From sequence record SRR20825006_3012: a DNA stretch of 49,745 bases. The stretch is one strand, 5' to 3'. Under the pieces are notes generated by a model. It searched no databases. It had not been told where the DNA came from and saw nothing but the letters and a program-made list of their open reading frames with translations. The translations under genes and the position numbers were made by a program. Below, one piece after another: positions 1 through 9,278 of the stretch. How positions within the stretch are numbered: the first letter of the stretch is position 1; each line of letters starts with the position of its first letter.

Positions 1-646
1 TCAGCTCCGGCACCAGGCCGTGCAATGCACGCTCAAAGGTCTGCCGGGTACCAGAGCCCGACTCACGGACAATCCAGTGCGCTGCGCGTAAATCCTCATC
101 AGTGAGCGCTCCCTTACTCGCCAGCGGATGGTCCGGGCTGCAAAACACCACCAGCTCATCCTCCCGCCAGGGTAGCAGCTCCAGATCAGGGTGATTCAAC
201 TCACCCTCAATCAGTCCCAGATCCAGCTCAAAGGTGAGCACCCGATCCACAATGGAACGGGTGTTAGCCACCTCCAGATGTACCCGCGCCCCCGGCTGCT
301 GAGCCATGTAATCCGCCATGATCGCCACCGCCAGGTAATTGCCGATGGTCAGGGTCGCGCCCACGTTCAGACGCCCCAGATCCCGGTGAGACTGTAGATC
401 CGACTCCAGCTCCCGGGCCTGGGCCAGCAGCGCTTCCGCCCGCGGCCAGAATTGCCGGCCCAGCTCATTGAGCTTCAGCCGCTTGCCGGCCCGCTCGAAA
501 AACTTCACGTCGTAAAGCCCTTCCAGCTCTTTCAACGCCCCGGAGGCCGCCGACTGGGACATGCTCAAGTGATTGGCCGCATGGCTCACATTTTCAAAGT
601 GGGCGATGGCGAGAAAGACTTCCAGTTGCCTGAGGGTGTAGCGCAT
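1..646 (-). CDS. finR: LysR-family regulator FinR (3' end runs off window)
   Basis: Minus-strand ATG at 646 reads MRYTLRQLEVFLAIAHFENVSHAANHLSMSQSAASGALKELE...FERAGKRLKLNELG (LysR HTH); divergent from fpr as in the Pseudomonas finR-fprA locus. Absent from the ORF track because it has no stop in the window. Confidence 0.88.
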   Translation of the reverse strand, partial: MRYTLRQLEVFLAIAHFENVSHAANHLSMSQSAASGALKELEGLYDVKFFERAGKRLKLNELGRQFWPRAEALLAQARELESDLQSHRDLGRLNVGATLTIGNYLAVAIMADYMAQQPGARVHLEVANTRSIVDRVLTFELDLGLIEGELNHPDLELLPWREDELVVFCSPDHPLASKGALTDEDLRAAHWIVRESGSGTRQTFERALHGLVPEL

Positions 647-662
647 GACCACCTATCCATGA

Positions 663-681
663 TTAAATGAGAATCATTATT
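663..681. promoter_or_regulatory. Fur-box-like site in the finR-fpr intergenic region
   Basis: TTAAATGAGAATCATTATT; 14/19 match to GATAATGATAATCATTATC with core AATGAnAATCATT intact. Confidence 0.6.
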
Positions 682-700
682 AACTGTGTGCAGCATTAGA

Positions 701-717
701 TATCGACTTTATCAATA
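701..717. promoter_or_regulatory. Putative LysR (FinR) binding site
   Basis: TATCGA-cttta-TCAATA imperfect palindrome with T-N11-A spacing between divergent finR and fpr. Confidence 0.4.
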
Positions 718-806
718 TCAAATATCGGGATAACCCATTTTACCGATAAATGCCATTCGGTTAAATTTCCACCATCTGGAATTTTGGAATAAGCGCTAAT
801 TTAACT

Positions 807-1583
807 ATGTCTAATTTGAATACCGAAACCGTCAAAAGCGTTCGCCACTGGAACGACACCCTGTTCAGCTTTACCACCAGCCGGGACCCGGGTTTTCGTT
901 TCAAGAACGGACATTTCACCATGATTGGCCTGGAGCAGGACAACGGCCGCCCGTTGCTGCGCGCCTATTCCATTGCCAGCGCCAACTATGAAGAAGAACT
1001 GGAGTTCTTCAGCATCAAGGTGCAGGACGGCCCGCTCACCTCCCAGCTGCAGAACATCCAGCCGGGCGACAAGATCTATGTGAGCCGCAAACCCACCGGC
1101 ACCCTCGTGGCCGACCACCTGCTGCCGGGCAAGAACCTGTGGCTGCTGTCCACCGGCACCGGCCTGGCGCCGTTCATGAGCATCATCAAGGACCCGGAAG
1201 TGTACGAGCAGTACGACCGCGTCATTCTCACCCACGGGGTGCGTCATGTGTCCGAGCTGGCCTACCAGGACACCATCGAGAATGAGCTGCCCAACAACGA
1301 ATTCTTTGGTGAGTTCGTCAACGGCAAACTGCTCTACTACCCCACAGTAACGCGTGAACCGTTCCGTAACGAAGGGCGCCTCACCGACCTGATGACCAGC
1401 GGCAAGATCTTCACGGACCTGGGCCTGCCCAAGCCGAGCCTGGAAAACGACCGTTTCATGCTGTGCGGCAGCCCCGCCATGCTCAAGGACACCACCAAAA
1501 TCCTCGACGATTGGGGCTTCAAGGAAACCCGCGGCGGCGAACTGGGTGAGTACGTGATCGAGCGGGCGTTTGTGGAAAAATAG
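807..1583 (+). CDS. fpr: Ferredoxin--NADP+ reductase (bacterial subclass I)
   Basis: RAYSIAS FAD motif, GPLTSQL, STGTGLAPF, MLCGSPAM, C-terminal ERAFVEK. Confidence 0.96.
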   Translation: MSNLNTETVKSVRHWNDTLFSFTTSRDPGFRFKNGHFTMIGLEQDNGRPLLRAYSIASANYEEELEFFSIKVQDGPLTSQLQNIQPGDKIYVSRKPTGTLVADHLLPGKNLWLLSTGTGLAPFMSIIKDPEVYEQYDRVILTHGVRHVSELAYQDTIENELPNNEFFGEFVNGKLLYYPTVTREPFRNEGRLTDLMTSGKIFTDLGLPKPSLENDRFMLCGSPAMLKDTTKILDDWGFKETRGGELGEYVIERAFVEK

Positions 1584-1616
1584 GCGCAACACGCTTCACG
1601 CTGCATGCAACACGTT

Positions 1617-1643
1617 ACGGGCCGCTTTCGCGGCCCGTTTTTT
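1617..1643 (+). terminator. Rho-independent terminator of fpr
   Basis: ACGGGCCGC-TTTC-GCGGCCCGT followed by a T run. Confidence 0.85.
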
Positions 1644-1716
1644 ATCTCCACCCGGCTCTCGGCGCCCCAGTCTGCTACTCTCCACTAGCCTTTTCGGGGA
1701 AGGGAAAGTTCCAGCC

Positions 1717-2925
1717 GTGCAACCACAATCCATTGCCATTATCGGGGCCGGTACCGCCGGGCTCGCAACTGCCGCGCTGTTGGCCCAGCAGGGCCACGCC
1801 ATCACGCTGATAGAGCGCGCCCCCGCCCTGGAACCGGTGGGTGCCGGCTTGCTGTTACAGCCCGCCGGACTCAGCGTCCTCCACCGCATGGGCCTCTATC
1901 AGGCCATGTGCCGTTACGGCGCGCATATCGATGCCCTGGTGGGACATACCTGTTCCGGCCGCGCCATCATGAACAGCCACTATCGCCCCCTTGGCGAACA
2001 GGCCCACGGTCTGGGCATCCACCGCGCCAGCCTCTGCCATGTACTCGATAGCCACCTGCAAACCCTGCCGCATCAACGGCGCATGGGCTGTACCGTTAGC
2101 GCCGTGGACGCCCAGGCACATCGAACCCTTGTCACCCTGGAAGAAAAGCAGCGCACGGACGTGCTCACCTTCGATGCCGTGCTGATTGCCAACGGCAGCC
2201 ACAGCCAGCTGCGCCCCAGCGACTGGACTCGCTACGACCGCCTTTATCCCTGGGGCGCCATGTGGGCCATGCTGCCCATGGCCGCCCCCTTTGACGTGCC
2301 TCTGCTGCAACAGCGCTATCACCGGGCCAGCACCATGGCCGGCATTCTTCCCACCGGCAGCCGCCCGGACCAGCCGGAGACACCGCTAGCCAGTTTTTTC
2401 TGGAGCCTGCCGGTCACCGAGATCGCCCAATGGCAACAACCGGACTTTGCCGCCGCGCCTTTTGAAAAATGGCGCGGCGCACTGCATACCTTCTGGCCGC
2501 AACTGGACGAGGTGCTGACACCGCTGACCCGGGCGCAACAGCTAACCCCGGCCACCTACCGCGATGTGATCATGTCGAAATGGGGAGACAACCGACTGGG
2601 CGTTATTGGCGACGCCGCCCATGCCATGAGCCCGCAACTGGGCCAGGGCGCAAACATGGCCTTGCTGGACGCCTGGGCCCTTGGCGACGCCATGCAGCAA
2701 TCGGATAACTGGCATCAGGTCTGGACGCATTATCACCAGCATCGCGGCCCGCAGATTCGCTTTTACCAACGCATGAGCCGTTGGCTGACACCGGCTTTCC
2801 AGTCGCACAGCCGCGTCGTCGCCACCGGCCGCGACCTGCTGTTTCCAGTGCTGAACCACCTGCCCTGGATGCGCCTGCAAATGGCAAAAACCATTGCCGG
2901 CCTGAAAACCGGGCTGCTGCGTTAA
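1717..2925 (+). CDS. FAD-dependent monooxygenase (UbiH/salicylate hydroxylase-like)
   Basis: GTG start chosen after the fpr terminator; IIGAGTAG Rossmann motif, ANG, IGDAAHAMSPQLGQGANMAL fingerprint. Confidence 0.88.
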   Translation: MQPQSIAIIGAGTAGLATAALLAQQGHAITLIERAPALEPVGAGLLLQPAGLSVLHRMGLYQAMCRYGAHIDALVGHTCSGRAIMNSHYRPLGEQAHGLGIHRASLCHVLDSHLQTLPHQRRMGCTVSAVDAQAHRTLVTLEEKQRTDVLTFDAVLIANGSHSQLRPSDWTRYDRLYPWGAMWAMLPMAAPFDVPLLQQRYHRASTMAGILPTGSRPDQPETPLASFFWSLPVTEIAQWQQPDFAAAPFEKWRGALHTFWPQLDEVLTPLTRAQQLTPATYRDVIMSKWGDNRLGVIGDAAHAMSPQLGQGANMALLDAWALGDAMQQSDNWHQVWTHYHQHRGPQIRFYQRMSRWLTPAFQSHSRVVATGRDLLFPVLNHLPWMRLQMAKTIAGLKTGLLR

Positions 2926-2972
2926 CGCCCCTTACCGCTTTCCCGAAGCGCCTGGCAATGGCGAGGGCCGAA

Positions 2973-4058
2973 TCAATCCTGGCCCGCCTGCTGATGACGC
3001 CACTGGCTGGGCGTCATGCCCATCCAGCCCTTGAACGCACGGGTAAAATTGGCCGGATCGGCAAACCCCAGCAGCTCGCTGATACGCTGAATTTCCATAT
3101 CGGAACTGGCCAGCAGGTGGCGACTGTCCCGGTGTCGGGCTTCTTCCAGCAACGACTGGAACCCCTGCCCTCGTTCCTGCAACCGGCGACGCAACGTGCG
3201 AGGGGTCAGATGCAGGCGCTCGGCAAGCTGCTCCGGTGCCGGATACCCGTGCGCACCCAGCACCAAAAGCTCACGCACCTGACGCAGCAAGGTATCACCG
3301 GGGGCCGTCAAGGCGCTTTCCCGCTCACACTGTGCCAGAGCCTGACTCAGCGCCTCCGGATTGGCAGTAGGCAGCGGGCTATCCAGCCACTGCACCGCTT
3401 CCGGCGCCCAGATACCTGCCCGTGCCTGGCGATAACGCACTGGCACCGCCCCGTCATCCATGGGCCGGCCAGAGCTGGGCGGCTCGCCCTGCAGCCAGAT
3501 TTCCGGCACCAGCGACAAGTCAGGGAGAATAAACTGCATGCCACTGGCCATACTGCCCAGCATGGAACTGAGCAGCACATCGCGTACCGCAGCGGGCAAC
3601 ACCACTTCCGGCACCAACTCGAAGAACAGCCCGCCGCGCTCCTCCTTTACGCTGAGAACCACACTGCGACCCCGCAGGTGCCAAAATCGCTCCAGCAGAC
3701 CAATGGCCTCGCGGGCACTGCCCGCGCACATGAGCACATAGCCCAGGCTGCCATGGGCCGTGAGCGGCATCCGCTGCCCCACCTCAAGGCCAATGGCCGC
3801 GTCACCGGTCAGCGCGGCAGCAGCCGCAAACACCTGCACCGTCTCCTGCAGGGACACCCGCCCGGAGGGGTCTTCCAGTAATGCTGCCGGCACCTCCGCG
3901 GTGGACAGCAAGGTCTCACGAGAAACACCCCGCTGCGCCGCCACTTCCATAAACATGCGCACATAGGTCACCGCCTGGCTGCGCTGGCGGGTCCAGTCAG
4001 GGAAACGGCTCCAGTCGATCAAGGTGAAGGGTTCAGACAATTTGGCCACCAATGACAA
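2973..4058 (-). CDS. AraC-family transcriptional regulator (OruR/VqsM-like); start uncertain
   Basis: C-terminal double HTH LAERLHLTPRTLRRRL...LGFADPANFTRAFKGWMGMTP; N-terminal HGSLGY ligand-domain motif. Confidence 0.9.
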   Translation of the reverse strand: MSLVAKLSEPFTLIDWSRFPDWTRQRSQAVTYVRMFMEVAAQRGVSRETLLSTAEVPAALLEDPSGRVSLQETVQVFAAAAALTGDAAIGLEVGQRMPLTAHGSLGYVLMCAGSAREAIGLLERFWHLRGRSVVLSVKEERGGLFFELVPEVVLPAAVRDVLLSSMLGSMASGMQFILPDLSLVPEIWLQGEPPSSGRPMDDGAVPVRYRQARAGIWAPEAVQWLDSPLPTANPEALSQALAQCERESALTAPGDTLLRQVRELLVLGAHGYPAPEQLAERLHLTPRTLRRRLQERGQGFQSLLEEARHRDSRHLLASSDMEIQRISELLGFADPANFTRAFKGWMGMTPSQWRHQQAGQD

Positions 4059-4152
4059 GTGCTTTGTCCGCCCAGCATCTCACGCACTCCGGGCACTCAC
4101 CAGTACCGTATGGGCCAAGCGTCAACGTATCCTTTTCGCCAGGAGGCTCAAA

Positions 4153-5013
4153 ATGAATGCACCGGCAAAACACCTTCATAACAATCCGACCGATGCCCGC
4201 CCGGCCATGGTGATTCCCACCGTCCGCCAGCCGGACTTCGACCTGGCCGACGATGTGCCCAAATACTGGTGGGACAATGACCCGCTAAAAACCCTGTTGC
4301 TGGGGGCGCTCTCCGCCAGCTTCCCCGCCGGGGAGCGGTTCTTTATCGATTCCGTACGCCACTTTCAGGACCGCATCGACGATCCGGAACTGAAAAAAGC
4401 CGTGCGTGCCTTTATCGGTCAGGAAGCCCATCACTCCAAGGAGCACAAGCTGCTCAATGGCTATCTGGAAGAGCGCGGGGTTGGCCTTGGCCGTCTGGAT
4501 CGTGAAATTCAGGCTTTCATGAACTGGATGCGCAAGAACCTGTCACCGGAGCGACAACTGGCTCACACCGTGGCGGTGGAACATTTCACCGCACTGATGG
4601 CGGAAGAATTTCTGCTCAAGTATGACGCCCTGGATGAAATGGATCCGCGCATGGCACCGATATGGGCCTGGCATGCCATTGAAGAATCCGAGCACAAAGC
4701 CGTAGCGTTTGATGTGTACAAACACATCGGCGGCAGTGAATTTACCCGCATCACGGAGATGGCCTTCGTGAGTGTTCTTTTCCCGTTCTTTTCTACCTTG
4801 CATCTGACGCAATTAATGAAAGAACAGGGCGAGCTGACCAATGTTAAATCCTGGCTCGGCGGCCTCAATTACATGTGGGGCAAACCCGGCGTATTCCGCA
4901 AGCTGCTACCGTCCTACTTCAAGTTTTACAGCCCGCGCTTCCACCCTTGGCAGCACGATGCCCGCGATCTGGTGGAAAAGGCGAAGAAAAAGTGGCTGGG
5001 CGACTGGGCCTGA
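4153..5013 (+). CDS. Metal-dependent hydrolase (ferritin-like, predicted diiron)
   Basis: AGGAGG RBS at 4141; motifs FPAGERFFI, GQEAHHSKEH, EHFTA, WHAIEESEHKAVAFD, FHPW. Confidence 0.85.
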   Translation: MNAPAKHLHNNPTDARPAMVIPTVRQPDFDLADDVPKYWWDNDPLKTLLLGALSASFPAGERFFIDSVRHFQDRIDDPELKKAVRAFIGQEAHHSKEHKLLNGYLEERGVGLGRLDREIQAFMNWMRKNLSPERQLAHTVAVEHFTALMAEEFLLKYDALDEMDPRMAPIWAWHAIEESEHKAVAFDVYKHIGGSEFTRITEMAFVSVLFPFFSTLHLTQLMKEQGELTNVKSWLGGLNYMWGKPGVFRKLLPSYFKFYSPRFHPWQHDARDLVEKAKKKWLGDWA

Positions 5014-5027
5014 TTTTCAGGCCGGAA

Positions 5028-5092
5028 GCCCCACGCTTGACCAACGCCACCCCCGCAAAGGATTGCGAGGTGGCATCAAGCGTGGGCTCTAC
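5028..5092. repeat. Long GTAG-type REP-like hairpin between convergent genes
   Basis: Nested inverted arms CCCACGCTTGA/TCAAGCGTGGG, GCCACC/GGTGGC, CGCAA/TTGCG; ends in CTCTAC (GTAGAG on the minus strand). Confidence 0.65.
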
Positions 5093-5102
5093 GTATAAAA
5101 AA

Positions 5103-5840
5103 TCATTCCACTTCGACCAGATCAAAACTCTGCTTGATCTTGCCTCCCTCACGAATCGACGTGAGCACATCATCCAGGCGTGTGGGATCGAAAGCCTGGG
5201 TCTGTAACTTGGCGATTTCGATATACAGGTTGGTGGCCGCCAGCACATTACTGGAGATATTCTGGTCACTGTGCACCACACCAAAACTCACATCCGGGCC
5301 TATCAGGTCGATGGTCTTGTTATCCAGCAACATGGTATCGAACTCTGATACCAGGGCGTGGGTCACGGTGTATTTTCCCGCCGGTGTCGTGATCACCTGG
5401 GGCGTTTCAAATTCGATTTTTTCCCGAGATTTAACGTAAGTCCCCGGTGCCGCCACTCCCATGGGCAAGGCAAGCCCGAAGCGTACCGATTTCGCTTTGG
5501 CGGATTTCACGTTGCCCTCTTTGTCGATGACAAATTGCCGCCGCAGGCCCGGCTCCATGCCCAGTGCCATCACTCGCCCGGTTTCATCCTGCCAGGACAA
5601 ACCCACTTCATATCCGTCATCAAATTCCTGCAGCACTTCCCAAATGATGATCTGGTGACCTCGCGCTGGGTTCTTGATAACCGACTTATCGCCCACTTTC
5701 GCATTCTCGTGGATATAGACATGGTCCGGCGCTTTCATTGCCGCCACCATGGGCACTTCCAGCAAAGAGCAGCCCTGCATCAACGCCAGCATAGAAACGC
5801 CTGCCACACAGGCAAATCGACATTGTGTGATTAACCCCAT
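5103..5840 (-). CDS. Hypothetical lipoprotein
   Basis: 245-aa ORF with G-rich RBS; hydrophobic signal ending LMQG-C (lipobox-like); no recognisable domain. Confidence 0.7.
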   Translation of the reverse strand: MGLITQCRFACVAGVSMLALMQGCSLLEVPMVAAMKAPDHVYIHENAKVGDKSVIKNPARGHQIIIWEVLQEFDDGYEVGLSWQDETGRVMALGMEPGLRRQFVIDKEGNVKSAKAKSVRFGLALPMGVAAPGTYVKSREKIEFETPQVITTPAGKYTVTHALVSEFDTMLLDNKTIDLIGPDVSFGVVHSDQNISSNVLAATNLYIEIAKLQTQAFDPTRLDDVLTSIREGGKIKQSFDLVEVE

Positions 5841-5976
5841 CCCTTCCCCCCAGTCTAAAGTGCGCCGCTGCGCTGGAGAGATAACATTACCGTATAATTG
5901 CGCATTGCTGCGTTAATTTTTGGTTCAACTTGTACGGGAAACGGTGAAGGAGCAACATCCACCCAGCGGCAGGCCA

Positions 5977-6000
5977 CCTGACTTAACGTCAGGCACTACA
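5977..6000 (-). repeat. GTAG-type REP (different class)
   Basis: Minus strand TGTAG-TG-CCTGAC-GTTAA-GTCAGG: GTAG tetranucleotide followed by a palindrome. Confidence 0.55.
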
Positions 6001-6075
6001 GGTAATTTCATGGGGTAGCGTCAGAGGGCGACGAAGCGCATTCGCCCTTCGTCCATTGCAGAAACCGGGAACAAT

Positions 6076-6273
6076 CTATTTTTTGGGGCCAGACTGCAGG
6101 GTCACCGGCTGGGCCAATGCATCAGCGGCTTCCGCTGGCTTCTCGTCCAGATCTTTTCGGGCTCCGCAGGCAACACATTCCATCCACTGCTGATCACCGT
6201 CGATGATCCGCTGTATCTTGTCCATCTGCCCACATTCCGGGCAGGTTGCCCCGGCAATAAACTGGCGTTTCAT
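6076..6273 (-). CDS. YheV-family zinc-ribbon protein
   Basis: MKRQFIAGATCPECGQMD...MECVACG; GGAGG RBS; directly downstream of prlC. Confidence 0.88.
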   Translation of the reverse strand: MKRQFIAGATCPECGQMDKIQRIIDGDQQWMECVACGARKDLDEKPAEAADALAQPVTLQSGPKK

Positions 6274-6351
6274 AACATTCCTCCGCTTAACGGCAAACAC
6301 CCGGTGCCGGACACATTGCCGCCAAGCATCGGGCGTTTGTCACCAAGCGTT

Positions 6352-8385
6352 TTATCCATTAATCCCGCAATGACGCAACAACGGTTCCACGCTGGGCTCG
6401 CGGCCACGGAACGCCTTGAACAGCTCCATGGGTTCCTTGCTGCCGCCCTTGGCGAGAATTTCCGTGCGGAACGCGCGGCCGGTTTCTTCGTTGAATTCCC
6501 CTTCTTCTTCGAACCGGGAATAGGCATCCGCAGACAACACTTCGGCCCACTTGTAGCTGTAGTAACCAGCCGCATAACCGCCGGCAAAAATATGCCCGAA
6601 ACTGTTGGGAAAACGGTTGAAGGCCGGTGGCTGAATCACCGCTACCTGTTCACGCACTTCATTCAATACCTGATAAATATCCAGGCCCGGTTGATACTCG
6701 GCGTGGATTCGCATATCGAACAGGGAGAATTCGATTTGCCGTACCATCTGCATGGCACCCTGAAAATTTTTCGCCGCGAGCATCTTTTCCAGTTTTTCTT
6801 TCGGCAACGGTTCACCGGTTTGATAATGACTGGAAATCAATGCAATCCCGTCTTCGGTCCAACACCAGTTTTCCAGGAACTGGCTGGGCAACTCCACCGC
6901 ATCCCAGGCCACGCCATTAATTCCGGAAATACCGGACACGTCCTGCTCGGTCAGCATGTGGTGCAGGCCATGGCCGAATTCATGGAACAGGGTGACCACT
7001 TCATCGTGGGTCAACAGGCCCGGCTTGCCGCCCGCCGGCGGCGCAAAATTACAAGTCAGGTAGGCAACAGGCGTTTGCAGGCTGCCATCTGGCTGGCGAC
7101 GACGAATACGGGCGTCGTCCATCCAGGCGCCACCGCGTTTCCCGGTGCGGGCATACATGTCCAGATAGAAGGCCGCGCGAACACTGCCGTCGTCATCTAC
7201 CAATTCGTAGAAGCGCACATCATCGTGCCAGGTATCCACATCCGTGCGTTGTTTAAACTGAATGCCGAACAACTTGCCGACCACCGAAAACATGCCATTG
7301 ATCACCGTGTCCGCCGGGAACCAGGGGCGCAGCTCTTCTTCGGAAATATCGTAGCGCGCTTCACGCAAACGCTCGCTCCAGAAACCGATATCCCAGGGGT
7401 TTAAATCACCGGCGCCTTGCTCGGCTGCAAAGGCTTTCAGTTCTGCCAGTTCCTGTTCCGCCTGGGGCTTGGCGCGACGGGCCAGGTCTTCGAGAAACTG
7501 TACGACTTCACTCACATCCCGCGCCATTTTGGTGGCCAGGGATTCTTCCGCGTAGTTGGCAAAGCCCAGCAATTGAGCCTGCTTGTGCCGCAACGCAAGG
7601 ATCTCATCCATGATCGCCGCATTATCAAACTGGCCAGCTTGCGGCCCCTGGTCAGAGGCCTTGGTGGTCCAGGCGGTGTACATTTCCTTGCGCAATGCTG
7701 CGTTCTTACAGTGGCTCATCACCGCGATAAATACCGGGGCATCCAGGGTCAGCAACCAGCCGTCTTTTTCGTCGGCTTTTGCGCGATCGGCAGCACCGGC
7801 CTTGGCACTGTCCGGCAGGCCATCGAGCTCGCTTTCATCGGTGATGTGCTTGCTCCACGCCTGAGTCGCATCAAGCGCATTGTCCGAGAATTTACTGGTC
7901 AGTTCAGACAAGCGCTTGGAATTGGCCATGTATTGCGCTTTCTTTTCCTCCGGCAGATCTACCCCGGACAAACGGAAATCACGCAAGGTGTTGTCGATAT
8001 CTTTCTGTTGGGCTTCACTCAGCTTTGGCCATTGCTCGCTATCACGCAGTGCCTGGTAAGCCGCGCAAAGGGCCGCATTCTGTCCCACCTCAGTCCCGTA
8101 TTCGCTAAGCAGGGGCAGGCAACTGTTATAGGCATTACGCAAGGCTTCATTCTGGGCCACGGCATTCAAATGCCCGGCCGGACCAAAGGCTTTACCCAGG
8201 CGGTCATCTTCCTGGTCCAGTGCCTGAACCAGATGCGCGTAGTCGAAGTTTCCCTCCGCCAGCACCTGCTCAATACGGGCACGGCCTTCTGCCACCAGCT
8301 GCTCCACGGCAGGAAGCACGTGCTCGGGCTGAATCTGTGAAAAAGGAGGAAGTGCCGGGTAATCAATCAGCGGGTTGTTGCTCAT
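6352..8385 (-). CDS. prlC: Oligopeptidase A (M3 metallopeptidase)
   Basis: HEFGHGLHH zinc motif, WDAVELPSQFLENW, HIFAGGYAAGYYSYKWAEVL. Confidence 0.96.
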   Translation of the reverse strand: MSNNPLIDYPALPPFSQIQPEHVLPAVEQLVAEGRARIEQVLAEGNFDYAHLVQALDQEDDRLGKAFGPAGHLNAVAQNEALRNAYNSCLPLLSEYGTEVGQNAALCAAYQALRDSEQWPKLSEAQQKDIDNTLRDFRLSGVDLPEEKKAQYMANSKRLSELTSKFSDNALDATQAWSKHITDESELDGLPDSAKAGAADRAKADEKDGWLLTLDAPVFIAVMSHCKNAALRKEMYTAWTTKASDQGPQAGQFDNAAIMDEILALRHKQAQLLGFANYAEESLATKMARDVSEVVQFLEDLARRAKPQAEQELAELKAFAAEQGAGDLNPWDIGFWSERLREARYDISEEELRPWFPADTVINGMFSVVGKLFGIQFKQRTDVDTWHDDVRFYELVDDDGSVRAAFYLDMYARTGKRGGAWMDDARIRRRQPDGSLQTPVAYLTCNFAPPAGGKPGLLTHDEVVTLFHEFGHGLHHMLTEQDVSGISGINGVAWDAVELPSQFLENWCWTEDGIALISSHYQTGEPLPKEKLEKMLAAKNFQGAMQMVRQIEFSLFDMRIHAEYQPGLDIYQVLNEVREQVAVIQPPAFNRFPNSFGHIFAGGYAAGYYSYKWAEVLSADAYSRFEEEGEFNEETGRAFRTEILAKGGSKEPMELFKAFRGREPSVEPLLRHCGING

Positions 8386-8551
8386 GGGTGTCCTGTCCTG
8401 CTCTGGGTTCAGCGTGTGTCTGCGCGGCTGGCAGCCGATGGCGAGCGGTATCGTCCGGCTGCAACAGCGTCTGGAATATCAGCCACTTGCTTAGCAGAAA
8501 AACGCCAAGCAAGATCAATATGGCTATCAGTATACGAGCGGGCGTCTGCAA
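8363..8551 (-). CDS. Possible 62-aa single-pass membrane protein overlapping the prlC start
   Basis: TTG start preceded by AGGGG; MQTPARILIAILILLGVFLLSKWLIF... has one strong hydrophobic helix; fills the prlC-yrdA gap. Confidence 0.4.
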   Translation of the reverse strand: MQTPARILIAILILLGVFLLSKWLIFQTLLQPDDTARHRLPAAQTHAEPRAGQDTHEQQPAD

Positions 8552-8597
8552 AAGGTGCCCCTGTAACCATGAATTTGAACTATCGAGTGTATCAGTG

Positions 8598-9140
8598 ATG
8601 GGGATTCGCCGCTTTGAAGACAAGGCCCCGCAATTGGGGAAACGGGTATATGTGGACGAGGACGCTACGGTGATCGGCGAGGTCACACTGGGCGATGATT
8701 GCTCCGTGTGGCCGAAGGCGGTGGTCCGTGGCGACATGCATGCCATCCGCATTGGCGCCCGGGTCAGCATTCAGGATAACGCTGTGCTGCATATTACCCA
8801 CGACTCCACCTTCAACCCCGGCGGTTTCGGGCTGCAGATCGGCGACGATGTAACCCTCGCTCACCAGGCCATGCTGCACGGCTGCACGCTGGGCAACCGG
8901 GTAATGGTGGGCATGCAGGCGATCATCATGGATGGAGCCATCGTGGAAGACGACGTGATCGTCGCCGCCGGCTCCCTCGTGGGGCCAGGCAAGCGCCTGG
9001 AAAGCGGTTATCTGTATCGCGGTCAGCCTGTGCGACAGGTGCGCCCGCTCACAGAAGAAGAAAAAGAATTTCTTCCCTATGTGGCGGGGAATTATGTGCG
9101 GTTGAAGGATCGGTATCTGGCGGATGGCGAGGATCAATAA
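8598..9140 (+). CDS. yrdA: Gamma carbonic anhydrase family protein (YrdA)
   Basis: Hexapeptide repeats, VRGDMHAIRIG..SIQDNAVLH, LAHQAMLHGC; prlC-yrdA-aroE synteny. Confidence 0.9.
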   Translation: MGIRRFEDKAPQLGKRVYVDEDATVIGEVTLGDDCSVWPKAVVRGDMHAIRIGARVSIQDNAVLHITHDSTFNPGGFGLQIGDDVTLAHQAMLHGCTLGNRVMVGMQAIIMDGAIVEDDVIVAAGSLVGPGKRLESGYLYRGQPVRQVRPLTEEEKEFLPYVAGNYVRLKDRYLADGEDQ

Positions 9141-9183
9141 ATGCTCAATTAGCCTGAGCGTTCCGAGCCCTGTAGGTAGACTG

Positions 9184-9273
9184 TTTCGAGTAACGAGAAG
9201 CGAGTCTCGAAAACCTACCAAGCCTTGAAAATCGGATGTGTGCTTTTGTCTTTCGTTACTCGTCACTCGCTTC
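9184..9273. repeat. Heptamer-periodic inverted-repeat element (CGAG-type)
   Basis: Left arm CGAGTAA-CGAGAAG-CGAGTCT-CGAAAA; right arm TTCGTTA-CTCGTCA-CTCGCTT-CT. Confidence 0.6.
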
Positions 9274-9278
9274 TGCTA

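Noticed and set aside
1570-1716. N-terminal extensions in the ORF track (also yrdA from 8220, HMG-CoA lyase from 36154, GGDEF from 46700, cassette ORFs from 30310 and 30722)
   Set aside because: They run through terminators, attC sites or neighbouring genes; downstream starts fit the domain boundaries and RBSs better.
2781-3881. Long antisense ORFs (also 6304-7404, 7417-8340, 12113-13465, 31199-32473, 38625-39650, 49197-49739)
   Set aside because: Shadow frames opposite well-supported genes in GC-rich DNA, with no recognisable motifs.
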